Below, piece after piece: positions 37,725-48,213 of a stretch of 64,000 nucleotides of DNA; position 1 is the first letter of the stretch, and every line of letters starts with the position of its first letter. The notes under the pieces are model-generated. The model did not search any database. It was not told where the DNA came from and saw nothing but the letters and a program-made list of their open reading frames with translations. The position numbers were made by a program, and so were the translations under genes. The stretch lies in the sequence record NC_091964.1. The stretch is one strand, 5' to 3'.

Positions 37725-39332
37725 ATGGATGCGGAATACTGGCAGTACAGTGTACGCGACGAACCAAAATTCAACGAAGTAGTTTGTAGTGGATACGTTC
37801 TTAAGTCGTTTGAAGATGTGGTTCCATGGTTAGATCGATTTATCCGTTCGACAGCTTCTAGCTTCCCGGATAATTTTAAGTATCGCGGCATTTCCGTGCC
37901 AGGACCATTTGAACAATATCAACGAAACGTTTTGAATAAAGATGTAAAACGCGAGTTCGACATTGCTCGGAGCGATCTGTTTTTAGCAGATTTGGAATTT
38001 GAGTTCCACGATAAAGGCGATATTAAAACAATCAGACGTGAGATCTGGCTACCGTTCGCGCGCCAAGGTAACACCATGATGATCAAAGGTTCGCTGGCTA
38101 CGATTCATCCAGTAGTTGCAGACCGACTAGTCTCCGTCACTCAAGACGGATTGTTCTTTATTATCCAACGTGCCAAATTTAACCTGGATAAGCGTGACTA
38201 CACAGTGCTCAAAGATGGTGATATCTTCACCGGCGTAATGCTCGAAGCATACCTGCACAATGATGCGGGTGGAAAGAAAGCTAACGATAAATGGGCATCC
38301 CCGACAACAGGTCATTACCTGTTTGCCAAGTACGGAGTTGTTGAGACGTTCCAACGTTATTATAATACTGAGGTATACGTCTGCACATCCGATGAACTGG
38401 ATCCTCGTTACGATCCTGATTTGCATTACAAGATCACTTCTCGTGACCGTCACGGCCGTCGCAAGCTTCAGCGCGATACTGACTTCGTGATGATTGTTCC
38501 ACGTGAAGAATTCGATACACAGCCAGGTTTCGTCAACTTAGTCGTATCGTTCTTCTATGCGACCGACCACTATAACGTATCCTTTACGTTTGGTGATATC
38601 GATCGTCCGGAAGACTGGCTAAAGACGCTGGCCTACGCGATTTTCCGCGAAAAGTCAAACTTAGCTCTCCAGCTTACAAAGATCCAAAAACACATGGACT
38701 CGCTGGAGGACTATATCGATGAGATGACGGCAGAAATCATTCTCGAAGAAGGGCTGGAAAATATCAATACGATATATGATCTGCTCGTCTATGCGAACGA
38801 CGAAGTCATCGACTTGATGAAGAACACAGACGTGGGCTCAATGTGGGGTAAGCACTTGATGGTCAAGCGCTATGCACTGAGTTCCATTACCTTCCAGATC
38901 ATTAACCTCAGCTGGGAACTTAAGAAAGACAAAGATCAATTAACGTATAAGAAAGTTAAGTGGCTGTTAGGTCGTTATCTCCACCCGAATAGTTTCTTAG
39001 GTATTACCAAGAATCACGGCGAGAAAACGAATGTGCAATATCCTGGTGATAACATGTTGTTCAAACATACCCTGATCTCGGTACGACAAATCGATGCGGT
39101 CATGACTGCGAACGGTAAGTCCAAGATCAACGTTGACGACCCAGGTTATCATCTCCATCCTTCCATCTTCGATTCCGGTTCAATGGTAAACTTTCCGAAA
39201 CCGAACCCTGATGGAAGGACGAAACTCAATCCGTTTATAACCACTTCTGAATCGGGGAAAATCTTGCCCAACCCGAAATACTACCGCATGTTGAAAGACG
39301 AAGTAGGTTCAGAGATTGGTTTCGATAACTAA
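37725..39332 (+). CDS. Non-virion RNA polymerase beta subunit, N-terminal part (phiKZ gp123-like)
   Basis: LPFARQGNTMMIKGS (cf. RpoB P..T.NGTFVING) and HLHPSIFDSG...PKPNPDGRTKLNP (cf. DVHPTHYGR...PEGPNIGLIN); synteny after MCP. Confidence 0.82.
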   Translation: MDAEYWQYSVRDEPKFNEVVCSGYVLKSFEDVVPWLDRFIRSTASSFPDNFKYRGISVPGPFEQYQRNVLNKDVKREFDIARSDLFLADLEFEFHDKGDIKTIRREIWLPFARQGNTMMIKGSLATIHPVVADRLVSVTQDGLFFIIQRAKFNLDKRDYTVLKDGDIFTGVMLEAYLHNDAGGKKANDKWASPTTGHYLFAKYGVVETFQRYYNTEVYVCTSDELDPRYDPDLHYKITSRDRHGRRKLQRDTDFVMIVPREEFDTQPGFVNLVVSFFYATDHYNVSFTFGDIDRPEDWLKTLAYAIFREKSNLALQLTKIQKHMDSLEDYIDEMTAEIILEEGLENINTIYDLLVYANDEVIDLMKNTDVGSMWGKHLMVKRYALSSITFQIINLSWELKKDKDQLTYKKVKWLLGRYLHPNSFLGITKNHGEKTNVQYPGDNMLFKHTLISVRQIDAVMTANGKSKINVDDPGYHLHPSIFDSGSMVNFPKPNPDGRTKLNPFITTSESGKILPNPKYYRMLKDEVGSEIGFDN

Positions 39333-39362
39333 TTCAAAAATTTGCTTGGAGAAAGGAAAAAG

Positions 39363-41426
39363 ATGAGCCTTGAAACAATTGTAGAAGATATCATTATCGA
39401 GCAGCTGGAGAAATCACGTCATCCCGGCGTTGATTGCGCGTACGAAGAATTAAAGCGCGATCGTTATGCCAACAAGGATTTCGATGAAGTCTTCAGCAGC
39501 GTTTTAGATATCGTCGAAGAGGCTGATATCGATGAGCGTGCACGTGGTGGTGAATCCAAGATCGGCGCAGTTGCGGTTATGGTAATCACCAAGTGGGCAG
39601 ATGACGAAAAGCTCACTGACGATCTTGACGATCGCGCTTATCGTAAAGTCGAAGATACGATCGAAGATTATAAAGAGCTGATCGATCGTTTAGAAGGTGG
39701 CAGCCGTCGTGGTGGCCGCCGTAGCAGTTCTCGTGGCGATGAACGTCGCCGCGGACGTGGTCGCGGTCGTGACCGTGATGATTTCAGCGCAAGCGATCGT
39801 GATAGCCGTTCCGGCCGCCGCAGTAGCTCTCGCGACGAAGGTCGTCGTCGCTCTAGCCGTGGCAATGAACGTAGTCGTTCACGCAACGGTGGCGAAGAAC
39901 CGAAAACCCTCACTCAGCGTCGCGCTGAGCAGGTTCGCGAGGAAGAGCAGGAGGAAGTTATGCAACCGCAAACGCCTCAGCAGATCAGTCGCTCCCGTGA
40001 ACGTACTAACGAACGCAATCGTCCGGTTCGTGAAGAACGTTCTTACGATTTCGTCGGTGAGAAAGAAGTTGCTCAACCGAAGAATCTTTCTAAGACCGAA
40101 GAAGAGCTGGGCTTCTCGTACGATGAAGTTCCAGTCGGGTCTATTGCGGATTACGTTGAACTGAATATCGATGTAAACGATCCTAAGTTTATCGCAACCC
40201 GTCCTATCGATAAGACCGACACGTTTCGTGAAGTCATTTACGATCCGTTTGTGAAACAACCGAAGTGGGAACTGAACGCCGACGGTTTACGTGTGCTGCG
40301 TTTCCGGGACTTTAACATGAACATTGACAACCACGTTATTCCTGATTTCAAACGCACCAGCGTTACACCGGCTCGTGCCGTTAACCAGGCTGTTCTGCCG
40401 TCTCTGGCTCAACCTTCCCGTCGCAGCATTCTGGATGTTTCCAAGAAAGCTGATGAAGAAGAACGCCGTTACGAAGACCGCCTCAACGAGTGGGAAGCTA
40501 ACAACAAAGATCGTCCAGAAGACGAACGTGAAACTAAACCTGAATCTCCAGCCGTTCAAAAGCTGGGCAGTCACACACTGCGTGTAGACGAAGCTATCAA
40601 CACCAGTTCGCTGGGTGATATGATGCAGGAAACAATGTCACGTTTCGGTCAGCTGCGCGGCTTTAGCGAAGGCCACCCTCCTGTTGAATCTTTCGGTAGC
40701 CTGCGTCAATTCGCATGGTGTGCTGAAAGTGCGGAAGATCGTGACCGTATCATGGAACAGGTTGAAATGTTCTCCACCTCCCACAGCCATCGTAGTGAAG
40801 ATGGTCGTCAGGTCGTGCCAATCCATAACTACCACGCTGCCTTAATGGCAGTGGTCGATACAATTCCGTACGGCCTGTGGAAGCGCATTAACCGTCGTAT
40901 GACTGAGTACTGCAACGATATCTTGACCGTAAGCCTCGGCCTCGGTGTAACCATTGACGACTTTGCCGAAGATGGTGACAAGATTATCCAGTACCTCGAT
41001 GAAAACTACGGTCAGGCGGTAATGGAAGGCTTTATTATCGGCCATGCTCAAACCGGCGGACGCATCTCGATGCTCGAAGCAGGTAAAGGCGACACCGACG
41101 TTCTGATCTACGAAGTACGTGGTACTCAGGTAACTATTCTGCCGGTAGCCCCGGACGAATTATCAATTTCCTCCGTCAAGTTAGCTGACAGCAAATCTCC
41201 ATCTGCACCAGCTTTAGTAACAGCTGAATCCAACCTGCGTCTGTTCAATGCTCTGCGTACTGTATCAACGCAAAGCACGCCTATTATGGGTAAACAAACG
41301 CCGTTCAAGTACATCGCCTTCTCTGACGGCACAGTGTACCGGATTGACCGTAACGCTCTGGGCCTTTCCGGCGACCAAAAGCGCGACACAGTGGAATTCC
41401 TGCTCACGCAGGTTGCTACTTGTTAA
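39363..41426 (+). CDS. Hypothetical protein with Arg/Ser/Asp-rich disordered region, about 687 aa
   Basis: RBS GGAGAAAGGA before ATG 39363; RRSSSR repeats at about 39700-39890. Confidence 0.85.
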   Translation: MSLETIVEDIIIEQLEKSRHPGVDCAYEELKRDRYANKDFDEVFSSVLDIVEEADIDERARGGESKIGAVAVMVITKWADDEKLTDDLDDRAYRKVEDTIEDYKELIDRLEGGSRRGGRRSSSRGDERRRGRGRGRDRDDFSASDRDSRSGRRSSSRDEGRRRSSRGNERSRSRNGGEEPKTLTQRRAEQVREEEQEEVMQPQTPQQISRSRERTNERNRPVREERSYDFVGEKEVAQPKNLSKTEEELGFSYDEVPVGSIADYVELNIDVNDPKFIATRPIDKTDTFREVIYDPFVKQPKWELNADGLRVLRFRDFNMNIDNHVIPDFKRTSVTPARAVNQAVLPSLAQPSRRSILDVSKKADEEERRYEDRLNEWEANNKDRPEDERETKPESPAVQKLGSHTLRVDEAINTSSLGDMMQETMSRFGQLRGFSEGHPPVESFGSLRQFAWCAESAEDRDRIMEQVEMFSTSHSHRSEDGRQVVPIHNYHAALMAVVDTIPYGLWKRINRRMTEYCNDILTVSLGLGVTIDDFAEDGDKIIQYLDENYGQAVMEGFIIGHAQTGGRISMLEAGKGDTDVLIYEVRGTQVTILPVAPDELSISSVKLADSKSPSAPALVTAESNLRLFNALRTVSTQSTPIMGKQTPFKYIAFSDGTVYRIDRNALGLSGDQKRDTVEFLLTQVATC

Positions 41427-41448
41427 GTTGATTTGACATAAGTGGAGG

Positions 41449-41482
41449 AAAGAGGGGCCATGGCGGCCCCTCTTTTTTTTTT
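41449..41482. terminator. Terminator between convergent genes
   Basis: AAAGAGGGGCC-ATGGC-GGCCCCTCTTT plus T tract. Confidence 0.8.
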
Positions 41483-41485
41483 GCT

Positions 41486-44314
41486 TTAAGCGGAAGGAGC
41501 TGATGGCTCGGAAGGAGCCGCGGGAGCATCTCCTGCGTTAGCATCTGGACTTGCTGCCTCAGGCGAAGCAGGCTCAGCCGCTGGTTCATTATCCGTTGGT
41601 TCCGGATTATCCTCAGACGGGTTGTCTTCAGTGCTATTATCATCATCCATGCCCGGAGGCATTTCCATAGAGAAACTATCGTCGTCTTCACCACCACCGT
41701 CGTTATTGTCGTCGGTAGAAGTATCAGAGCTAGAACCACCGCTAGTACCATTACGGATTGCATCCGCGTACTGTTGGTTACGTTTCTCGAGGTTTTCGAG
41801 ATACAGTTCACGACGAAGTTTAACTGCGGCACCCCAGTCACCGAGGTTGGTGATAAGGTTGGTGATATGCAGGATAACTTCTTTAGAGATGTCAAGTGCA
41901 GGACTATCTTCTGTACCTTTACGAGTAAGCTCGGCCAGTTCAGGGAAGATATTGTTTTCCAGCATGTAGTTACGGATATAGTAAGCTTTAACCGATGCGA
42001 GTACCTGGTTGAGGTAGTTGCTATCGTTGTCGTTACCAGCCAGATCCATGAAGTCAGAGGAGATCCACGCCGCCAACGCAACGTCAAGACCCTGAACGTA
42101 CTTGTTCAGTTGTTCCATCTGAGTATCAAGTTTGGTGTTCTCAGGAGATGGGAGCTTAATCTCCAGTACACGGAAGAACTCTTCGATAATGTTATCGTAA
42201 AGTACGCCATGTGAACCATCTTCGCCGCCACGCTCCAGATACTGAGCAGGGATCTTATCCTTAGCTGCGTCAATGATGTTCTGCAACTCATGGATAATTG
42301 TACCGGAACTGTAAGAATAGATCGTCACGTAATCGCTTAAGAAAGATTCAGTGATTTTCTGTAAGTTCTTGATACGTTTGGCGAAGAGCTGGTTAGTAGT
42401 CCAACGAGTAATCGCAAAGTCAGCCGACTGAGTCGCATCCACCATTTCCGGGGTTACGTAGAAGCCCATGTAGACCTGCTTCTCCAAACGATCCATGAAG
42501 TCATTATCAATGATCTGTTTATTGGAGTTGAAGTCCTCTACGTTTACCGAGGTATTAGGGATACGAGTGTTGCCCTGGATATCGAAGATGATACCCATCT
42601 GACGAATAACACGGAACATCTCCGCAGACGACGCTACATCAGTTGGCGTTGCGCCACCTTGAGCACGTAAGAACTCGTCTTGCAGAATAGCCGCAGATTT
42701 CTCTGGGTCCGGATCACGTTCGTCGATGTTGATCGTTACACGGGTTCTACCCACTGCATTTCGAATAGACGCCATGAAGTTAGCGAAGTTACACATCGTA
42801 CGGAGTGTAGCAACTTGCTTAACGCCATCCAGCATGGAAACGCCCATACCGTTTTCGTCGTACTCGTAGGCAAGGTATGCAACCTGATCTGCTGCCAAGA
42901 AGACGATGTGAGTCATCTCGTTAGAAAGCTGACGCATGAACATCAAACGCATGATGTCTTCGTCGTGCTTCATCTTAACAGACATACCACGCAGGCCGTT
43001 CTTAATACGGTTCAACAGCTGAAGTTCCATCACATCAGAGAAGATGCGGAGACGTTCTGCTGTACCTGTATCTTTATCGACACAGTACCCGTTTTGCATG
43101 ACGTTAATCTGCTGCAACATCGCAGTAGTTTGGTCCGTCATGGCGGTGCCCTGCATGGAGGCAATACCCTGTTCCTGAAAACGCTTCAGTTCTTGTGTAA
43201 CATTAAGTGGTTGCCCGAAGCCATCAGTAATCACGTAATAGCCGATGTGGCGTTTCGGGTTACCTGGTACAAATACCGGGATGGTAGATTCGTTAAGTAG
43301 AGGAATCACCAACGGATGGCCGATAGAGCTCCTGGAAGCCTCGTGAGAGCTTCGTACGATCGAAGTGTTACCATAGGAGCTACGGCGACTACGATTCGAG
43401 TTACGAGGGTTATAGAGCGATCTCTGGATACGCTCAATATTCCGAGCCAATGCTACCTTATCTTCTTCACCTGTCGCAGCAGATTCGCTCGAGACACGAG
43501 GGATTCGACCAGCAGGGTGATTGAGAGAAAGACGGCTACGCATCTTCGCTCGGTTAAAGGCCGCATTCAGTTCCGGCAGACGCAACTGAGCAGGGTTATC
43601 CGTAATGAAGATATTATCGGTAATCTTCTGGTTAACGGTAGTTGCCAGCGAATACATCTCGAAGCTTGGAACCTGTGCAGAATGAGTAGGGTTCTCAGGC
43701 CCGCCCAGAATGCCTTTTGATTTGAGGATTCCTGCTTTCACATCGAAGAATTCACTGTTAACAGATTCTTGCCACGCTTCGTTCGAAACGCGGGAGGTTT
43801 TGTTAATCAGATCATCGAGCGACGCTTCTGGTATGATACCCCAGATAGACGCACCACGGTTAACGAGAGCATCTGCGATCATGTCGCTGAGTTCTTCGCC
43901 GAGGTTATGGTCTGTACTGAAGTGCTGACTTACCGGTTCAATCATGGTGTTGAGTAACGACAAGGGTAAATCAGAATCGTTTACCTTGAAGAATAAGTCG
44001 TCATCTTCCATGGACAAAGGTGAGCGAATACACGACACCAACGTTTCACGGATTAATTTAATATCCGGGTTCAAACGTAAGATCGTATCCGCGTCCATGT
44101 TTTTCTTGGCGCGGGTCTGCATCATGGTGTTGAATGCAGTATCGTCGGTTACAGCTACACCATCGTCTTTTGGGAGTTCGCCCGGACGCCGCCGATCAGG
44201 GATTAGCTTTGACGCAATAACTGAAGCGGAAGGATTGTCTTTAAAGAAATCAGACTTCCCGCTTCTTACTCGACTAATTCTCGAGTTTATACCAATAGGT
44301 TTCAACAATTCCAT
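41486..44314 (-). CDS. Portal protein (phiKZ gp129-like) with acidic C-terminal tail
   Basis: 942 aa; GRTRVTINIDERDPDP and AITRWTTNQLFAKRIKNLQ resemble T4 gp20-type portal motifs; VSNE/PSFE/VSSE sites; synteny. Confidence 0.75.
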   Translation of the reverse strand: MELLKPIGINSRISRVRSGKSDFFKDNPSASVIASKLIPDRRRPGELPKDDGVAVTDDTAFNTMMQTRAKKNMDADTILRLNPDIKLIRETLVSCIRSPLSMEDDDLFFKVNDSDLPLSLLNTMIEPVSQHFSTDHNLGEELSDMIADALVNRGASIWGIIPEASLDDLINKTSRVSNEAWQESVNSEFFDVKAGILKSKGILGGPENPTHSAQVPSFEMYSLATTVNQKITDNIFITDNPAQLRLPELNAAFNRAKMRSRLSLNHPAGRIPRVSSESAATGEEDKVALARNIERIQRSLYNPRNSNRSRRSSYGNTSIVRSSHEASRSSIGHPLVIPLLNESTIPVFVPGNPKRHIGYYVITDGFGQPLNVTQELKRFQEQGIASMQGTAMTDQTTAMLQQINVMQNGYCVDKDTGTAERLRIFSDVMELQLLNRIKNGLRGMSVKMKHDEDIMRLMFMRQLSNEMTHIVFLAADQVAYLAYEYDENGMGVSMLDGVKQVATLRTMCNFANFMASIRNAVGRTRVTINIDERDPDPEKSAAILQDEFLRAQGGATPTDVASSAEMFRVIRQMGIIFDIQGNTRIPNTSVNVEDFNSNKQIIDNDFMDRLEKQVYMGFYVTPEMVDATQSADFAITRWTTNQLFAKRIKNLQKITESFLSDYVTIYSYSSGTIIHELQNIIDAAKDKIPAQYLERGGEDGSHGVLYDNIIEEFFRVLEIKLPSPENTKLDTQMEQLNKYVQGLDVALAAWISSDFMDLAGNDNDSNYLNQVLASVKAYYIRNYMLENNIFPELAELTRKGTEDSPALDISKEVILHITNLITNLGDWGAAVKLRRELYLENLEKRNQQYADAIRNGTSGGSSSDTSTDDNNDGGGEDDDSFSMEMPPGMDDDNSTEDNPSEDNPEPTDNEPAAEPASPEAASPDANAGDAPAAPSEPSAPSA

Positions 44315-44338
44315 AACAAATCCTTAATGGGGGCTCGT

Positions 44339-46684
44339 ATGGCTTTCACCACACAGGCGCTCTATATAGAACAGGTAATTCAGTTAGCTCGTTCGGTGAT
44401 CATTAAACTTGATAGCGCTGCTGAAGTAATGAATAAGTACCTCGTCAGTATAGGGAAGACCGTTGACGCGAACGATCCTAAGTCCTGGATCTACTATCGT
44501 CACTTGGCAGGATTATACCATCCGACAGACAAAGTGATGAAAATCACCTCATTGGACACCCTTGAGGAAATTGAGTTCACATACGATAATCTCAAATATC
44601 ACCGCGCTACTTTTAATGCGTATCGGTCGAAAGGGGATTTCTATAAGTCGCTGGTAGCTTTATATCCAGAGCAGGTAGATTTAATCAACGGGATACTCAA
44701 CCCCGTAGACATCAACATAGCAATTAACGTTCCCAACTTCACCGTCTTAGCACTCGACACGAACTTGGTAAACGCGAATGAAACAAACTTAGTTGATGAA
44801 TTGCAGAAGTATGTCACCGGCTTTAGCGATAGCTGGTATAACCACAACTACTGCTATCTGTTCGACGAGTATCCGGCGATCTTCTTGAACACGCTGTATA
44901 CCACGTTACCAAGTGCCATTTTAAATATCCGTAAGAATAACATCCGTACGGAATATGTGCATGACTATCATCTTTGGGCTTACCTGGGTTCACATCAGCG
45001 AATCGATAAGTATCGCGATTACCTGACACGTGAACAAGCGATGTGGCTGTACCGTAACATCTCTTATCTGGAAGCTCACCCTGGCTGGAACCATTCCTTC
45101 ACCGAATTGATCGAGTGGCTCCTGACTAAGCGAACGATTCCTATCACCTCCTTCGAGTTAACGCATAACCTGGAGAAGCTGGGCGAAACTATTTCGCCTA
45201 GTACGGAAATCGTTAAGCGACCACTCAACAAGTACGCTTATAGCTCTGCTGGTTTAAAGAAAGAAACCATCGAAGCTACGCTTAATAAAGAAACATCACT
45301 TGCCCCGGCTAACAAAGATTATTACGCCGAGCAGATAGTGGCGGTCCCAGAGAAATTTAAACTTTCACCTTTCTCATCTCTTGAGACGAAAGTCCTTGAG
45401 TCAGATATGGTGGATAGAAGCGATGCGCAGCCAGTTCACTTCATTAACACCGTGTTCAATGAATGGATGTACTTAGCTTCTACCGGACGTTATACCGCAA
45501 ACATCACGCTGACCAATCCGTACACATCGGAAGTATTGTCGATGACGGCGAAAGAAGCAGTGATCGTTTGGTTGTACTGTTTGCATCGTATGCTGGACGT
45601 AGAGATTGATGTAGTCCCTACTTTCTTGGCGCACGATGTGATGCGACCGATCTCTCCTCGTTATACTGAACTACGCGACATGTCTCCGCGTATGTACGTT
45701 TCTGAAGAGATGATCCTGGCAGTAATGGATGAGTTCGTACCGCAAGGTCAGATTATCTCAGTGGAGAAATTCACCGAGGTCGTCACTAACATCCATAACG
45801 CCGTGGGTGCGATGCGTTACCTTTATGCTACTCAGGAGTCTTTCCATATCCGTGGGCATTTGGAGAACGTTGTTAAGCGCATGTTCATGGAGCACCGTTG
45901 TACTTTCACCGAAGGTATTACGTATTACTCCGACTTCTTCCAGCTGAAAGGTTGGAAGATGGACAAGATGACCAATATCCAATATCAGGACTTTGCTAAC
46001 CAGATCTTTGTTCAATCCACCGGACTTGATCTGAAAAACATCAACTCAGTGCGTGCTATCCAGCAGGCCATGATTCAGTTGATGCAACAGCTGAGTTCTT
46101 ACAGTATCCAGTTCCTGTCCCGTATTACCGACAGCTCTGCTACTGTGTTGGATTTCCCAGTAATCCGCGTAGGCGATGTCGATAACTCTTCTACTATAGA
46201 AGCAAGGCATAAGCTGCGCACCGAAGTTCTCCGTGTATACGGTAAAGGACATTCGGCTAAAGTCTGGGATGTAGGTCACGGTGTTCAGCTGAACGATGAT
46301 CGTATTAAAGTAGAAAGCGGTTTATTGGCGACATATCCAATCACTGCTGGCTTTACATCGAGATCGCAAGTTGTCACCACACGACGCCTTAAACTACCAC
46401 TGGCCCGCATCAATCTTAAACGTGCTCCTGGTATTGCCGATACAATCGATAACCGGAAGATCGATGGCGTATGGTTATATGACATCGAAGAAGCTGGCGG
46501 GGTCCCAATTGAAGATCCTATCGAGAACAAAGCGCTCAACGACTTCTGGCCCGATCCTTTCGAGGAAGCGGGTCTTAATGTCGATGAACACGCTCTTGAC
46601 GGCATCAGGGCTTACCCGGCTTTTGGAACACTTGAACAAACGTTCCAGGACGAATCTCTTAGCGGTTTCGGCTTAAACGATTAA
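44339..46684 (+). CDS. Virion structural protein, probable baseplate wedge-like (phiKZ gp128-like)
   Basis: Divergent from the portal; start 44339 or 44327; four short C-terminal repeats. Confidence 0.7.
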   Translation: MAFTTQALYIEQVIQLARSVIIKLDSAAEVMNKYLVSIGKTVDANDPKSWIYYRHLAGLYHPTDKVMKITSLDTLEEIEFTYDNLKYHRATFNAYRSKGDFYKSLVALYPEQVDLINGILNPVDINIAINVPNFTVLALDTNLVNANETNLVDELQKYVTGFSDSWYNHNYCYLFDEYPAIFLNTLYTTLPSAILNIRKNNIRTEYVHDYHLWAYLGSHQRIDKYRDYLTREQAMWLYRNISYLEAHPGWNHSFTELIEWLLTKRTIPITSFELTHNLEKLGETISPSTEIVKRPLNKYAYSSAGLKKETIEATLNKETSLAPANKDYYAEQIVAVPEKFKLSPFSSLETKVLESDMVDRSDAQPVHFINTVFNEWMYLASTGRYTANITLTNPYTSEVLSMTAKEAVIVWLYCLHRMLDVEIDVVPTFLAHDVMRPISPRYTELRDMSPRMYVSEEMILAVMDEFVPQGQIISVEKFTEVVTNIHNAVGAMRYLYATQESFHIRGHLENVVKRMFMEHRCTFTEGITYYSDFFQLKGWKMDKMTNIQYQDFANQIFVQSTGLDLKNINSVRAIQQAMIQLMQQLSSYSIQFLSRITDSSATVLDFPVIRVGDVDNSSTIEARHKLRTEVLRVYGKGHSAKVWDVGHGVQLNDDRIKVESGLLATYPITAGFTSRSQVVTTRRLKLPLARINLKRAPGIADTIDNRKIDGVWLYDIEEAGGVPIEDPIENKALNDFWPDPFEEAGLNVDEHALDGIRAYPAFGTLEQTFQDESLSGFGLND
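46428..46681 (+). repeat. Four tandem degenerate peptide repeats at the C-terminus
   Basis: IADTIDNRKIDGVWLY / IEDPIENKALNDFWP / LNVDEHALDGIRAYP / LEQTFQDESLSGFGL. Confidence 0.65.
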
Positions 46685-46696
46685 CGGAGTTAAATA

Positions 46697-47566
46697 ATGG
46701 CGAGTACTAACCCCGCTCCTAATGGGTATTATAACCGCCCAAGTGATGACTTGTGGTGGGCGATCTTCACTCGCGACAACCCTCGTATTGACTATCAGCA
46801 GAACCAAGTGCGCGTATCGCAAATGTTACCGAATGATTCCGGTGATGTTAAGCGCAACACAAAGGGTAAGCTGGTCGCTATTCCTGGGATGGGTCGTGAG
46901 GGCGAGGAATGGTTAACCTGGAACCGTCCTTACATGGAAGAACTCTTTAAAGATAAAGAGGTCTGGATTCCACCGAATAACCAACATACCCTCAGTGAAC
47001 TGATCGACACGTTCAACCAGATCTGGAAATTCCAGTTATCTGCACGTGACTTCTACGATCAGAACATTGAGATCACAACGCTACCTGCTACTTTCCAGGT
47101 AGTGATGCGACCAACCTGTTTGTGTTTCCAGGGTACGCTTACTCTCCATGTAGGTAACCCGAAGGTACATATTGGCGAAGTCATTATTAACCGTGATCTT
47201 GCAGGGCTGCAATACCCGACCGATCAGAGAGTAAAAGCTCAGGGTCCTTTAATGGTCTTCGAGCGTAACTTTACCTTCGCCGGTCAAACCCTGAAAGAGA
47301 AGTTTGGTTATGATGACCTTATCTCTGCGGACCAGTTAGACATTCTCAACGATCTGTTCGAACAGCAATGGACAATGAGCAATGCGACCAGTGACTGGAA
47401 CTTACAGGGGGCGACAGTAGTCTATAACGGACCTGCTATCGATTCCCCATCGCCGTGTAACACCGATTACGAAAACGTTCTCCTTATTCAGTTGGATGAC
47501 GTCTTGTGCGGTAATGTAGCCGGGCACCTTAATCTCCACTACAACGTTATTAAGGCTCCTAAATAG
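46697..47566 (+). CDS. Virion structural protein, baseplate-region paralog family
   Basis: N-terminal beta domain, IINRDLAGLQYP motif, C-terminal LQGATVVYNGP domain. Confidence 0.7.
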   Translation: MASTNPAPNGYYNRPSDDLWWAIFTRDNPRIDYQQNQVRVSQMLPNDSGDVKRNTKGKLVAIPGMGREGEEWLTWNRPYMEELFKDKEVWIPPNNQHTLSELIDTFNQIWKFQLSARDFYDQNIEITTLPATFQVVMRPTCLCFQGTLTLHVGNPKVHIGEVIINRDLAGLQYPTDQRVKAQGPLMVFERNFTFAGQTLKEKFGYDDLISADQLDILNDLFEQQWTMSNATSDWNLQGATVVYNGPAIDSPSPCNTDYENVLLIQLDDVLCGNVAGHLNLHYNVIKAPK

Positions 47567-47609
47567 TTTGAGGAAGTAACCTCAACTCCGACCTTATAAG
47601 GAAACTATC

Positions 47610-48164
47610 ATGTTGAAAATCGATCTTAGCAAAACCTCTAAGGAACTGCTCTACGCAGTACTGACCGAGACTGCTGGTAAGGCTATCACTGATAAAGACG
47701 TTAGCTTCGCCAACATCGCCTCCATCCAGGGTGCACAAGCAGGTCAGCCGAACGCTACCGTGGAACTTAGCTCTGTCGCTAACTCCACTGTAGTTAAACC
47801 TGGCGGCACTGAGCCCCTGACCCGTAAAGTAACTCGCCATACTCTGGCGGAGTGCGCTACGGCGTTGGCAGTTGACCTGACTATCGATGACGACATCACG
47901 CAGTACGATACTGCGAGCTATGTCGTTGCGAAAGTTAACAGTCTCCTGGGTTCTGTTCTGACCGAAGCGGAAGTTACTGTTAGCGCCGCGGCCGCCGATA
48001 ACGGCGTACGTGAAGTTACTGTTTCCATGAAAGACGGTGCCCACATCGCACTGCATGGCGACCTCGTTCTGATCGTTACGGATAATGTCGACCATCGCTC
48101 GACGGTGGAAGGCACATTTCCCGGAGACGACCTGAGTGGCTTCGACCAACCGGCCTCAGCCTAA
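47610..48164 (+). CDS. Virion structural protein, short member of the same family
   Basis: RBS AAGGA; ends TFPGDDLSGFDQP. Confidence 0.65.
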   Translation: MLKIDLSKTSKELLYAVLTETAGKAITDKDVSFANIASIQGAQAGQPNATVELSSVANSTVVKPGGTEPLTRKVTRHTLAECATALAVDLTIDDDITQYDTASYVVAKVNSLLGSVLTEAEVTVSAAAADNGVREVTVSMKDGAHIALHGDLVLIVTDNVDHRSTVEGTFPGDDLSGFDQPASA

Positions 48165-48178
48165 CGGCTAATTAAGAC

Positions 48179-48213
48179 GAGAGGAGGGGCAACCCTCCTC
48201 TCTCTTTTGCCGT
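48179..48213 (+). terminator. Terminator hairpin
   Basis: GAGAGGAGGG-GCAA-CCCTCCTCTC then TTTTGCCGT; TATG at 48218-48221. Confidence 0.8.

Noticed and set aside
1291-39332. Introns, inteins or homing endonucleases in RNAP, polymerase, helicase or MCP genes
   Set aside because: ORFs are continuous and of plausible size; no LAGLIDADG, HNH, GIY-YIG or intein terminal motifs seen.
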